A stretch of 64,000 bases of DNA. It comes from Armatimonadota bacterium. GTDB taxonomy: Bacteria > Armatimonadota > SYMT01 > JACQGL01. This document shows, one piece after another, positions 8,497 through 16,767 of this stretch. The number at the start of each line of letters is the position of its first letter. Position 1 is the stretch's first letter. The notes below the pieces were generated by a model. It saw only the letters and a list, made by a program, of their open reading frames with translations. It was not told the origin of the DNA and ran no database searches. The stretch spans positions 630 to 64,629 of the forward strand of contig JACQGL010000048.1 in NCBI GenBank assembly GCA_016199525.1. Direction: 5' to 3'. The position numbers and the translations under genes are program-made.

Positions 8497-8610
8497 GGGA
8501 CTCTCCAGGCAATAAACAAAAACGGCCTACCGTAGAGGCCATGCAGTCTACCAGCATTATCCCTCGGGCGGCGCGCGGCGTCAACCGGGGGTGAGGGGGG
8601 AGCATCCACC

Positions 8611-9726
8611 ATGCGCTGGCAGCGATGGATGGCGATCGGGCTTTACCTGGGCCTGTGTGCCGCGGCCGTCTGTGCGTTGGCAGGATTGGGCCGCGCCGCC
8701 GATACCGCTGACGAAGCCCTGCGCGGCCAGTTCCGCCAGCTCGTGTTCGCAGAGCGCCGCCCGGCGGACCTGCAGCCGCGCCTCATGCGCCGCGGGGAGC
8801 AGAACGGTTTGCTTGAGGAGCGCGTGCGCATTGTGCCGGAGGCGGAGGAGGAGGCGGTGGTGCTCCTGCTCCGCGCGCCGGATCCGCCCGCAAGCGCCGC
8901 CCCGAGCCGTCGGCCGACGGTGCTCGTGCAGCATTTCCTGGGCGGAAGCAAGGATGAGACAACCATCCGCATGGTGATGCTGGCGCTGGCGCGCCAGGGC
9001 TTCCTGGCGGCGGCGATTGACGGCCGCTACCGCGGCGAGCGCCAGCGTGGCAAGAGCCTGAACCAAGCGATTGCCGAGGCGTTGGAAACGGGAAAGGGCC
9101 ACCCGTGGCTTCTGGACACCGTCTTCGACGTGCTCCGGACCCTCGACTACCTGGTCACGCGGCCCGATGTGGACCCCGAGCGCGTGGGCATCCTGGGCGT
9201 TTCCGAGGGCGGAATGATCGCCTGGATGGCCGCCGCCTGCGATGAGCGCCTGCGGGCCGTGATTCCCATGGTCGCGGTCACGCGCTTCCAGGACCTGGTA
9301 GATCTGCCCCTCTCCGGAGGGAGCCAGCCTGGGGTGGAACTGCTGCGACCGGCACTGACGGCATTCGCGCGGCAGCTGGGTGAGCCCGAGGTGAACGCGC
9401 GTGTGTGGCGGGCCGCGTGGGAGAAGCTGCTTCCTGGCTGCTGCGACCGATTTGAGGCAACGCGGCTGGTGCCGACGATCGCCCCGCGGCCGTTGCTGAT
9501 CCTCAACCACGAGCAGGATGAGCTCATCCCGATCGCCGGCGCGCGGGCTGTTTACGAGGCGACACGAGACCGCTACCGGGATCTCCATGTAGAGGACCGA
9601 CTTCAATTCCGCGTCGCCCCCGGACTAAAGCATGCCGCTACCGACCTTGCCGAGCTGCTCCTCATCGGGCAGTGGTTGCAGCGGTGGCTAAAACCGACGA
9701 GCGGTGACGCTGCTGGACCCCAGTGA
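8611..9726 (+). CDS. Secreted alpha/beta hydrolase (dienelactone hydrolase / S9 peptidase / esterase-like)
   Basis: 371 aa. Signal peptide MRWQRWMAIGLYLGLCAAAVCALAG. Nucleophile elbow GVSEGG. C-terminal ..NHEQDELIP.. carries a His-bearing motif. Confidence 0.75.
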   Translation: MRWQRWMAIGLYLGLCAAAVCALAGLGRAADTADEALRGQFRQLVFAERRPADLQPRLMRRGEQNGLLEERVRIVPEAEEEAVVLLLRAPDPPASAAPSRRPTVLVQHFLGGSKDETTIRMVMLALARQGFLAAAIDGRYRGERQRGKSLNQAIAEALETGKGHPWLLDTVFDVLRTLDYLVTRPDVDPERVGILGVSEGGMIAWMAAACDERLRAVIPMVAVTRFQDLVDLPLSGGSQPGVELLRPALTAFARQLGEPEVNARVWRAAWEKLLPGCCDRFEATRLVPTIAPRPLLILNHEQDELIPIAGARAVYEATRDRYRDLHVEDRLQFRVAPGLKHAATDLAELLLIGQWLQRWLKPTSGDAAGPQ

Positions 9727-9784
9727 TAGACTATCTTTCAGTCGGAAGGGAGCAGAACAAACCCGGTCGGGCCACGCTATGCAG

Positions 9785-9960
9785 GTCGCGGGCCGGCTTC
9801 GTTATAATGGTGGCTGCCCCGGCCGCCCGGGCGGCAGAGGAGAGGGCTTTTCTGCCTCCACTCTCTGGGGAACAGATGCCGCCCTCTCGAGGAGTCAGGG
9901 CGGGACGTCGCCCGGACCTACCTTTCGGGCCAGATCCAGCGGGCAGCCTCGGCACGCGAC
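9785..9960 (+). ncRNA. Candidate c-di-AMP (ydaO/kimA-class) riboswitch in the kimA leader
   Basis: GUCGCGGGCC (9785-9794) can pair 9/10 with GGCACGCGAC (9951-9960), enclosing about 155 nt. Inside are CUGGGGAACAG and GGCGGGACGUC, plus a 3' segment AGAUCCAGCGGGCAGCCUCGGCACGCG. That 3' segment loosely resembles the ydaO consensus ..GAAUCCGnCAGCUAACCUCGUAAGCG. The match was made by eye and several conserved positions are absent. Confidence 0.3.
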
Positions 9961-10101
9961 GCAGGGCGCATCCATCCCTATGTTGACCAGGCTGGAAATC
10001 GGATCCCTGGGCTGGCGCACGGAACCGGCCCCTCGCTCCCACGGCGTTCGTGGCGCGGCGCGAAAGCCATACGTCCGCGCCCGGAGACCGGAGAAGATCG
10101 G

Positions 10102-12066
10102 ATGCCTACCTTCTGGCGTCGCCTGATTTTCGGGTCGCCGCTGCGCACCGAGCGACTGATCCACGAGCGGCTCTCCAATATCCTGGCGCTCCCCGTTTTC
10201 GCCTCCGACGCCCTTTCCTCGTCTGCCTACGCCACCGAGGAGATCCTCCTGGTCCTGGTGCTGGTTGCCGCCACTCCGGCAGCTCTCCAGCCCTCGATCT
10301 ATATCGCGCTGGGGATCGCCGTCCTGCTGGCGATCGTGGCCACCTCCTATCGCCAGACGATCTACGCCTATCCCCAGGGGGGCGGCGCCTACCGCGTCTC
10401 GCGCGAGAACCTGGGGTTGATCCCCGGCCTCACCGCCGCCGCGGCACTCCTTATTGACTACGTGCTCACAGTGGCAGTAAGCATTGCCGCCGGCGTGGCC
10501 GCCATCACCTCCGCCATCCCCGCGCTGGCCGGCCACCGTGTAGAACTCGCTGTCGGTCTGGTGGTGTTCGTCATGCTGGCCAACCTGCGCGGCGTACGGG
10601 AGTCGGGAACGCTGTTTGCCATACCGACCTACTCCTTTGTCGCCGCGCTCTCCACGCTGGTCCTGGTGGGCCTGTGGCGGGTGTTCACCGGCACACTGGG
10701 CGCTCCGCCCCTGCCACCGCCGGGGGCTCACGCGCACACACTGGCGGGAGCCCTTCTGCCCCTGGTCTTTCTACGCGCCTTCGCTTCGGGCTGCACCGCG
10801 CTCACGGGGATCGAGGCGGTCAGCGATGGCGTGCCCGCGTTCCGGCCTCCCGAGGCGCGCAACGCAGCGCGCACCCTCTCCTGGATGGCAGCGATCCTGA
10901 TCTTCCTATTCCTGGGAATCACCTTCCTGGCCAACCGCGCCCAGATCACCCCCTTCCCGGCGGAGGTGGTGGGTGGTGAGGAGATCCACCGCCATACGGT
11001 AATCTCCCAGATTGCCGTGGCCGTATTCGGCTTTGAGACGCCGATATACTTCGCCATCCAGGGAGCAACCGCGCTGATTCTCGTTCTCGCCGCAAATACC
11101 AGCTTCGCCGATTTCCCGCGGCTGAGCATGTTCCTGGCGCGGGATCGCTTCCTCCCCCGCCAGATGGCCAATATTGGGGACCGCCTGGTGTTCTCGAACG
11201 GCATCGTCCTGCTGGCGGGGCTGGCATCGCTGCTGCTGATCGCCTTCCACGCCAGCACCCACCACTTGATCCCACTCTACGCGGTGGGTGTGTTCGTGTC
11301 GTTTACCCTCTCACAGGCGGGGATGGTGATGCGCTGGCGGAAGCGCCGCGAGGGCGACTGGCGGCGGGGGGCACTCATCAGCAGCATCGGCGCCATCGTT
11401 ACGGGCGTGGTTCTGGTGATTATCGCTTCCGTGAAGTTCACCAGCGGCGCCTACCTGGTGGTCCTCCTCATTCCCTTGCTGGTGCTGACCTTCCTGCAGA
11501 TCAACCGCCACTACAAGCAGGTCGCCGCCCAGCTCTCGATGGAGCGCTACCAGCCGATTCCTCGCTTCCGCCACACGGTAATCGTGCTTGCGCCGGATGT
11601 TCACCAGGGCATTATGCAGGCGCTGGCCTACGCGCGCTCCATTTCCCCGCACGTCCGCGCGGTCTACGTGGAGCTGGAGCCGGAGAAGACACCGCGCGTG
11701 CAGGAGCGGTGGCAGCGGTGGGTGCCGGACCTTCCGCTCGTGGTGCTGCCTTCCCCCTACCGGGGCCTCGTCGGGCCCGTGCTCGACTACCTGGAAGAGG
11801 TGAAGGCGGAGCGGCATGACGATGTGGTTACGGTGGTGATCCCCGAGTTCGTCACCCCCCACTGGTGGACGAAGCTGCTGCACAACCAGTCGGGTCTGCT
11901 GCTCAAGTTCGCGCTCCTGTTCCGGCGGGATATCGTGGTGACGAACGTGCGCTACTATCTCCAGCCCATCCCGACTCCGGCGCCGGAGGAACTGACCCCT
12001 GCTTCTGGCCGCGTTCCGGCCTTCCCCAGGGACGAGTCCCGCCCCGCCCCACCACAAAGGAAGTAG
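10102..12066 (+). CDS. kimA: KimA-type K+/H+ symporter (APC superfamily, with a C-terminal cytoplasmic domain)
   Basis: 654 aa. Close to my recollection of B. subtilis KimA/YdaO: SDALSSSAYATEEIL, SYRQTIYAYPQGGGAYRVSRENLG, LIDYVLTVAVSIAAG, AFASGCTALTGIEAVSDGVPAF, LILVLAANTSFADFPRL, HLIPLYAVGVF, LLHNQSGLLLK. Confidence 0.85.
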   Translation: MPTFWRRLIFGSPLRTERLIHERLSNILALPVFASDALSSSAYATEEILLVLVLVAATPAALQPSIYIALGIAVLLAIVATSYRQTIYAYPQGGGAYRVSRENLGLIPGLTAAAALLIDYVLTVAVSIAAGVAAITSAIPALAGHRVELAVGLVVFVMLANLRGVRESGTLFAIPTYSFVAALSTLVLVGLWRVFTGTLGAPPLPPPGAHAHTLAGALLPLVFLRAFASGCTALTGIEAVSDGVPAFRPPEARNAARTLSWMAAILIFLFLGITFLANRAQITPFPAEVVGGEEIHRHTVISQIAVAVFGFETPIYFAIQGATALILVLAANTSFADFPRLSMFLARDRFLPRQMANIGDRLVFSNGIVLLAGLASLLLIAFHASTHHLIPLYAVGVFVSFTLSQAGMVMRWRKRREGDWRRGALISSIGAIVTGVVLVIIASVKFTSGAYLVVLLIPLLVLTFLQINRHYKQVAAQLSMERYQPIPRFRHTVIVLAPDVHQGIMQALAYARSISPHVRAVYVELEPEKTPRVQERWQRWVPDLPLVVLPSPYRGLVGPVLDYLEEVKAERHDDVVTVVIPEFVTPHWWTKLLHNQSGLLLKFALLFRRDIVVTNVRYYLQPIPTPAPEELTPASGRVPAFPRDESRPAPPQRK

Positions 12067-12112
12067 CGGGGAGCGTGCTTTTCCCTGCCGAGACGCCAGG
12101 AAAAACACCACG

Positions 12113-12352
12113 ATGGTTCTACCAGGCTTTGGCGAACCCCCGGACTGGCGGCGCTGGGTGACGGGCGTGCCCGCCGATCGCTTCCCCCTTACACCGGAGC
12201 GCCTCCTCCAGTGGCTCCGCCAGGAGAGGCGGGTGCCGATGCTCTACTGGGACCAGTTCCGCACCTGTCTCCTGAACGCGCTGGCAGGCGAGGAGTGGCA
12301 GAACGAAGCCGAGCTACTGGCCGCCCTCGCCCGCGTTGATTGGGGATTCTGA
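12113..12352 (+). CDS. Hypothetical small protein (79 aa)
   Basis: ORF 46 nt after kimA with a weak AGGAAA upstream of the ATG. No recognisable motif. Confidence 0.35.
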   Translation: MVLPGFGEPPDWRRWVTGVPADRFPLTPERLLQWLRQERRVPMLYWDQFRTCLLNALAGEEWQNEAELLAALARVDWGF

Positions 12353-12418
12353 AGCCAGAATGGCGGCGACCGGGGCCAATCCCGGTCGCCGCACAGGCTG
12401 CCAGGTTAGAGGTGCTGG

Positions 12419-12907
12419 TTACGGCGGCGCTTCCGGGCCGTGCGGCGGATGTGCAGGCGCCCCGGGGGCGCCGGGCTGAGCCGGTCGGGGCCCAGGACCA
12501 AACGGCCGACCGCCGGCCGGCGGGGGCAGCTCCGTCTGCGCCAGCACCCTCAGGGTCCGACCCTCCAGCGCGTAGACAGTGTTACCGCGGAGAATGTAAA
12601 CGGTGGTAGCGTTAGCGGTTATCGCCGGGCCGCCACCCCAGGCGGGCGGGAAGGGAAGGGGCAACCCTCCCGGTTCTACCTGAAAGCGGATTTGCGGTTG
12701 AGGCGGAACGCCGGGCGGCGGTGGACTGTGCTCGCCGGGCGGCATTACCTGGGCCATCTCGACGCCCGGCTCTACCACGTCGGCAGCCACGGGCGCGACC
12801 TTCTGCCGCTGCGCGATCGCCGCCTGGTGGATCACCAGCGTGAGGCTGCCAGCGATCAGGCAGCCCAGCAGGATACCGGCGTACCTCCGGAACGGTTCTC
12901 GGGACAT
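12419..12907 (-). CDS. Hypothetical membrane-anchored Pro-rich protein
   Basis: Start moved to ATG 12907 (GGAGG 7 nt upstream): MSREPFRRYAGILLGCLIAGSLTLVI, one N-terminal TM helix. The rest is Pro/Gly-rich. Confidence 0.5.
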   Translation of the reverse strand: MSREPFRRYAGILLGCLIAGSLTLVIHQAAIAQRQKVAPVAADVVEPGVEMAQVMPPGEHSPPPPGVPPQPQIRFQVEPGGLPLPFPPAWGGGPAITANATTVYILRGNTVYALEGRTLRVLAQTELPPPAGGRPFGPGPRPAQPGAPGAPAHPPHGPEAPP

Positions 12908-13157
12908 GCGTGTTCCTCCAGAGAGCAAGCGCGTGCCGGAACGCTTTGAGATCGACTAAGAACGCCGCACCGCATGCGGGAGCCGGCAGGGGTCGCGCAG
13001 GCTCGGGATGCAGAGACATAGAGACGCGGAGATACGGCAGTCCCGGACGGGTTCACCCGGTCGCCACCTCTCCGCCCGGTACAGTGTTCCTGGCGGTCTG
13101 CAGGATACTCCTCAATTTCGACGCGCGTAAGAGGAGAGAAGTTGCCCGGTGATCTGT

Positions 13158-13934
13158 TCAGATCACGATCTCGACGGGTGGGCCGCCGCGCGCCAACCAC
13201 TGGCAGTGCCAGCGCACTTCCTCCTCAAAGAAGATCGGCTCCCTGGGGCTCACGCGGGCGTTCGGATCAGCCAGCAGGGCATCCACGGCGGCGGTGCGGC
13301 GCGCGTGAGGAGCGTAACGCGCCAGATCCTGGACGAGCAGCACGAAGTTCGCCGCGCTGTTCGGCTGGCGGCGATCCGCCAGGTAGTCGTAGTAAAACTC
13401 GTGGCTGCGGATGCGGAAGCGCGCCGCGACATCGACGGTCACCAGATCGAGCGCCCAGAGCTCCACCGTATGGCGCACTTCGTACGATCCCTCGCCGCTC
13501 CTGCGGCCCCAGGGGGTATCCAGACTGGATCCCGAACGCATGAATAACGGCGTAGAGCGTCGTTCAGTGACCGCCTCTTCCAGGGGCGCTGCCGCCAGCA
13601 GGCCGAGCTGAGACCAGGCCAGTTGGAAGGAATGGGTGGGTTCCTGGATCTCCAGGCCCGCCTCCAGACAATCCGCGTTGCGCACGAGATGCGGGCGGGG
13701 CGGGTCGACCAATTCGGCCAGCGGCACCGCCTGCGCGCCGATACCTAGAGCGCGCAGGCCCTCCTCCAGGCGCCGCGCGGTGGCCTCATCCACGCCACGG
13801 AACCAGACCCCCTGGTGGAACGACATCCCGTGCATCACCTGCGGCGGGGTCCAGCCCACCGCGGGTGCCAGCGTCTCCGCCACCGCCCCCACGTCCACTG
13901 GCGCCAGGCTCTCCCGCAGCAAACCCCAGGACAC
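13158..13934 (-). CDS. Hypothetical protein (258 aa)
   Basis: GTG start with GGAGGG 4 nt upstream. Protein-like composition. No family recognised. Confidence 0.55.
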   Translation of the reverse strand: MSWGLLRESLAPVDVGAVAETLAPAVGWTPPQVMHGMSFHQGVWFRGVDEATARRLEEGLRALGIGAQAVPLAELVDPPRPHLVRNADCLEAGLEIQEPTHSFQLAWSQLGLLAAAPLEEAVTERRSTPLFMRSGSSLDTPWGRRSGEGSYEVRHTVELWALDLVTVDVAARFRIRSHEFYYDYLADRRQPNSAANFVLLVQDLARYAPHARRTAAVDALLADPNARVSPREPIFFEEEVRWHCQWLARGGPPVEIVI

Positions 13935-14016
13935 GTTGCCCTCCGTTCACCCTCCTGCGCCGAACGTCACCCTCTTATTCGTAGTCGGGCGATGATAGTG
14001 GTAGTAATTGAGGCTA

Positions 14017-14859
14017 CTATTCCTGGTCACCTGCACACGAGAGGCTGACACGCTGGAGCACTTGGATGAGTTCACGCACGCCTTTCAACATATGCTCTGG
14101 CTCGCCCCAGTGTTCAATGCTGGCCCATCCGTCGTAGCCATCCTTCCGCAGAGCGGTCAGCAGCTGCTCATACGTCAGGCCGGAATCTCCGACAGTGGAA
14201 AGAGACTTCTCCGCGTTCGGCTTCACGTGGACGTGATACACCTTGTGCCGGATCAGCTCATAACCTTCGGGATACGGGCTCTCACCACAGGAGAGACCGT
14301 TGTTTATGTCCCAGGCGACCCCCAGCGCCGGCAGGTTCCCCAGAGCGTCCATTACCTTACGGGCTTCCGCACAGGTGCCGACCATGGTGGTGCCTTCTGT
14401 CTCCAGGCAGAAGCGAACGCCCTCGATCTCTGCCACCTGAATAATAGGTTGTAGGAAGGCAACGATCCGGGGCAGGTGCTCGTCGAGATTGGGGCGGACT
14501 TGTTCGAGGGCTCGCTCCCCGTCCGGGTGCCAGAGGGCGAACCCGCGGATCAGCCGCGTATCGAAGGCGTGTGCCAGCTCGACCATACGCCGGAAAAGAA
14601 CCTGGTGCTGCCGGCACTCCTCCGGGTCGGTCATATCGCATTTGCCCACCGGCGAACCGATGACCGCCACTTGCGCCCCATAGGATGCACAGAGGTCCTT
14701 GATTCGCGCCACGTCGTTATTATCAATCGCGGCGATCGACTTACCGAACATATGGCCCCGGAGTTCCAGTCCGGTGGCGCCTGCCTCCGCGGACAGCCGG
14801 ACCGCTTCCTTGAAGTCCGCAGATACCTCGTCAGAGAAGATAGAGACCCGTATTGGCAT
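14017..14859 (-). CDS. Sugar phosphate isomerase/epimerase (xylose-isomerase-like TIM barrel)
   Basis: 280 aa. MPIRVSIFSDEVSADFKEAVRL..GLELRG.. and ..VHVKPNA.. ..WASIEHWGEPE.. are typical of the AP-endonuclease-2/TIM-barrel family. Confidence 0.8.
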   Translation of the reverse strand: MPIRVSIFSDEVSADFKEAVRLSAEAGATGLELRGHMFGKSIAAIDNNDVARIKDLCASYGAQVAVIGSPVGKCDMTDPEECRQHQVLFRRMVELAHAFDTRLIRGFALWHPDGERALEQVRPNLDEHLPRIVAFLQPIIQVAEIEGVRFCLETEGTTMVGTCAEARKVMDALGNLPALGVAWDINNGLSCGESPYPEGYELIRHKVYHVHVKPNAEKSLSTVGDSGLTYEQLLTALRKDGYDGWASIEHWGEPEHMLKGVRELIQVLQRVSLSCAGDQE

Positions 14860-15184
14860 GATTTCTTCCTCGCCGTCTTATGGCTGATGTTACCGAAGTG
14901 CCACCACTGATACTGGTGGGTGAGGCGCGCAGTGCGTGCCAGCCCCCCGTTGTCCGCCGGGTATCAGAGCCAGATGCGCTTCACCCCGGGAAGGAACCGG
15001 AGGGTGGTAAGGAGCATCTGGGAGTGCGGGTACAGCCCTGCAGGGCAAAGTTGATCGGTTTCATCCAGGGCCGCGCATGGCGGAATACGGGGGCAGAGGA
15101 AACGCGCGCTCTTTCTTTCTCTCTTTCCTCCACTCAGCCATTCTCCCTTTCTCTCTTGCGTTCCCTCGGCGGCCAACAACCACG

Positions 15185-15613
15185 ATGCGCGTTCTGATCT
15201 GGCACGTTGACTATTTCCGCAGCGAGATCACCGAGAAGGGCCGCTCGCCGCTGGTGGAGCCGTTTACGGACCGGGCCACCGAGATGCACGACGGCCTCCT
15301 GGTGCTGGCCAGCGTGGAGAAGGCGGATGAGGACGCCCCAGAGGCGGTGGCAGAGCAGGCGGCACGCGAGCTGGTGGACCTGGCGCGGCGGGTGGGAGCG
15401 AAGCGGCTGGTTCTGCATAGCTTCGCGCACCTGTTTGCCCAACTGGCCCGCCCTGAAGTGGCGGTGCGGGTGCTGGACGACACCGCCGCTGCCCTGCGCG
15501 CCGCCGGCTACGAGGTGACGCGCACGCCGTTCGGGTGGTTCAATACCCTGGAAATCCGCGCCAAGGGCCATCCGCTGTCCCGCGTGGCGCGGCAGATTTC
15601 TGCGCCGCCGTAG
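15185..15613 (+). CDS. Free-standing archaeal-type threonyl-tRNA synthetase editing domain homolog (DTD-like fold)
   Basis: 142 aa from ATG 15185: MRVLIWHVDYFRSEITEKG..LVLASVEKADEDAPE..LVLHSFAHLFAQLARPEVAVRVL..GYEVTRTPFGWFNTLEIRAKGHPLSRVARQI. It aligns along its whole length with my recollection of the Pyrococcus ThrRS N-terminal editing domain ([71 protein letters not shown]). Confidence 0.8.
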   Translation: MRVLIWHVDYFRSEITEKGRSPLVEPFTDRATEMHDGLLVLASVEKADEDAPEAVAEQAARELVDLARRVGAKRLVLHSFAHLFAQLARPEVAVRVLDDTAAALRAAGYEVTRTPFGWFNTLEIRAKGHPLSRVARQISAPP

Positions 15614-15680
15614 GGCAGTCCTGTACGGCAAGCACCTGGAGAGGCTCCGGCGAGCGCCGCCCAGGGGATGGGGTGGGCAG

Positions 15681-15713
15681 TGCCCCGGTGGGTGCACATG
15701 GTCCACCGGGGCA
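15681..15713. terminator. Strong GC hairpin between convergent genes (bidirectional terminator-like, no U-tract)
   Basis: TGCCCCGGTGG (15681-15691) pairs perfectly with CCACCGGGGCA (15703-15713) around an 11-nt loop. It lies between the stops at 15613 (+) and 15757 (-). Confidence 0.4.
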
Positions 15714-15756
15714 CTTCAGGTAGCGGTATGTCACGGTTGAAGTGACTGGTTGGGGG

Positions 15757-16512
15757 TCAGCGGACCACGAACGTCGGATTGCGGCGCCACTCGTTATCCT
15801 CATAGGAGCGCCAGGTCTGTTCTGGTTTCCTCCAGGCCGCGTGGCCATCCGCATAGGCGATGTTGCCGCCTCCCTGATGCCGTGGCAGGAAGCGAGCTTG
15901 CTGCCGATAGTCTGGCAGAGCAGCGTCATCAAAGGCCCACGGCTGGGGATACAGCCCGCCGCGCGATGGCAGGCCGCTGGCGCGTCCTGCATCGCCGATG
16001 AGGATGAATCGCGCCGGATAGGTGATGCTGCCCAGCTTGGTCGTTTCGTTGAACCCGAAGTCAGGATTAGCTTGATACCACGCCTGCGCATTGGCTCCGG
16101 GTAGATTCGCCTCGTTGTGGTTGTTGCCGTAATCTGTCGTGAACCACATACGCGGGCCAGCCGGAGGCCAGGCGGGTGCAGAAGGGCACTTGAAGATATT
16201 CAGTTCATGGATGTAGGGCCACAGCTTCGTCTTGTAGCTATACGGAGCGCGGGCCTCATAGGTGTCGGGCGTGCCGGGTGGGGCTGTTCGCTCCGTTACA
16301 TGGGGCGGGAACGTCTCGTCGTTGTCCTGGAGATACATCATGTAGGCCGTGCCCAGATGCCGCACGTTTGAAAGACAGGCCGTCTTCCGGCCGGCCTCAC
16401 GAGCCTGGGCGAACACAGGAAACAGGATCCCCACCAGAATGGCGATGATCGCTATCACCACGAGCAGTTCGACCAGGGTGAACCCCTTTGCATGTGAATA
16501 GTTTGGATGCAC
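15757..16512 (-). CDS. Prepilin-type N-terminal cleavage/methylation domain protein, DUF1559 family
   Basis: Start re-set to GTG 16512 (GAGAGGAG 7-8 nt upstream): VHPNYSHAKGFTLVELLVVIAIIAILVGILFPVFAQAREAGRKTACLSNVRHLG. This is the class III signal/methylation motif. The C-terminus ..HQGGGNIAYADGHAAW is typical of DUF1559. Confidence 0.85.
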   Translation of the reverse strand: MHPNYSHAKGFTLVELLVVIAIIAILVGILFPVFAQAREAGRKTACLSNVRHLGTAYMMYLQDNDETFPPHVTERTAPPGTPDTYEARAPYSYKTKLWPYIHELNIFKCPSAPAWPPAGPRMWFTTDYGNNHNEANLPGANAQAWYQANPDFGFNETTKLGSITYPARFILIGDAGRASGLPSRGGLYPQPWAFDDAALPDYRQQARFLPRHQGGGNIAYADGHAAWRKPEQTWRSYEDNEWRRNPTFVVR

Positions 16513-16767
16513 CGATTTTCTCCTCTCTTGAAACGCATCCTCTGTGAAGTCGACGATGGGCCTGGCAAAACGACCCCCGGCCGCGGGCCCTGCCGGGGGT
16601 CGCCGCAACAGATGCATGAACTCCAGGTTCGTATTCCGGTCCAGCAGAGCCGCAGCGCTGCGGAAAAGTGGAAGCCAGCCATCAGGCATCTCCAAACACA
16701 GCGAGGCCCCGCATCCTCCGGACGCAGGGCCTCTCGTTGACGAGTCAGCCGTACCTGTCAAATCCCC

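Noticed and set aside
9803-9808. TATAAT hexamer as the kimA promoter
   Set aside because: It is not listed as a feature because it lies inside the region enclosed by the candidate riboswitch P1 helix and has no convincing -35. The two interpretations are mutually exclusive and cannot be resolved from sequence alone.
15077-15184. 36-codon upstream extension of the ThrRS-editing-domain ORF
   Set aside because: The extension translates the polypyrimidine tract (..FFLSFLHSAILPFSLAFPRRP..). Homology to archaeal editing domains starts exactly at MRVL (15185).
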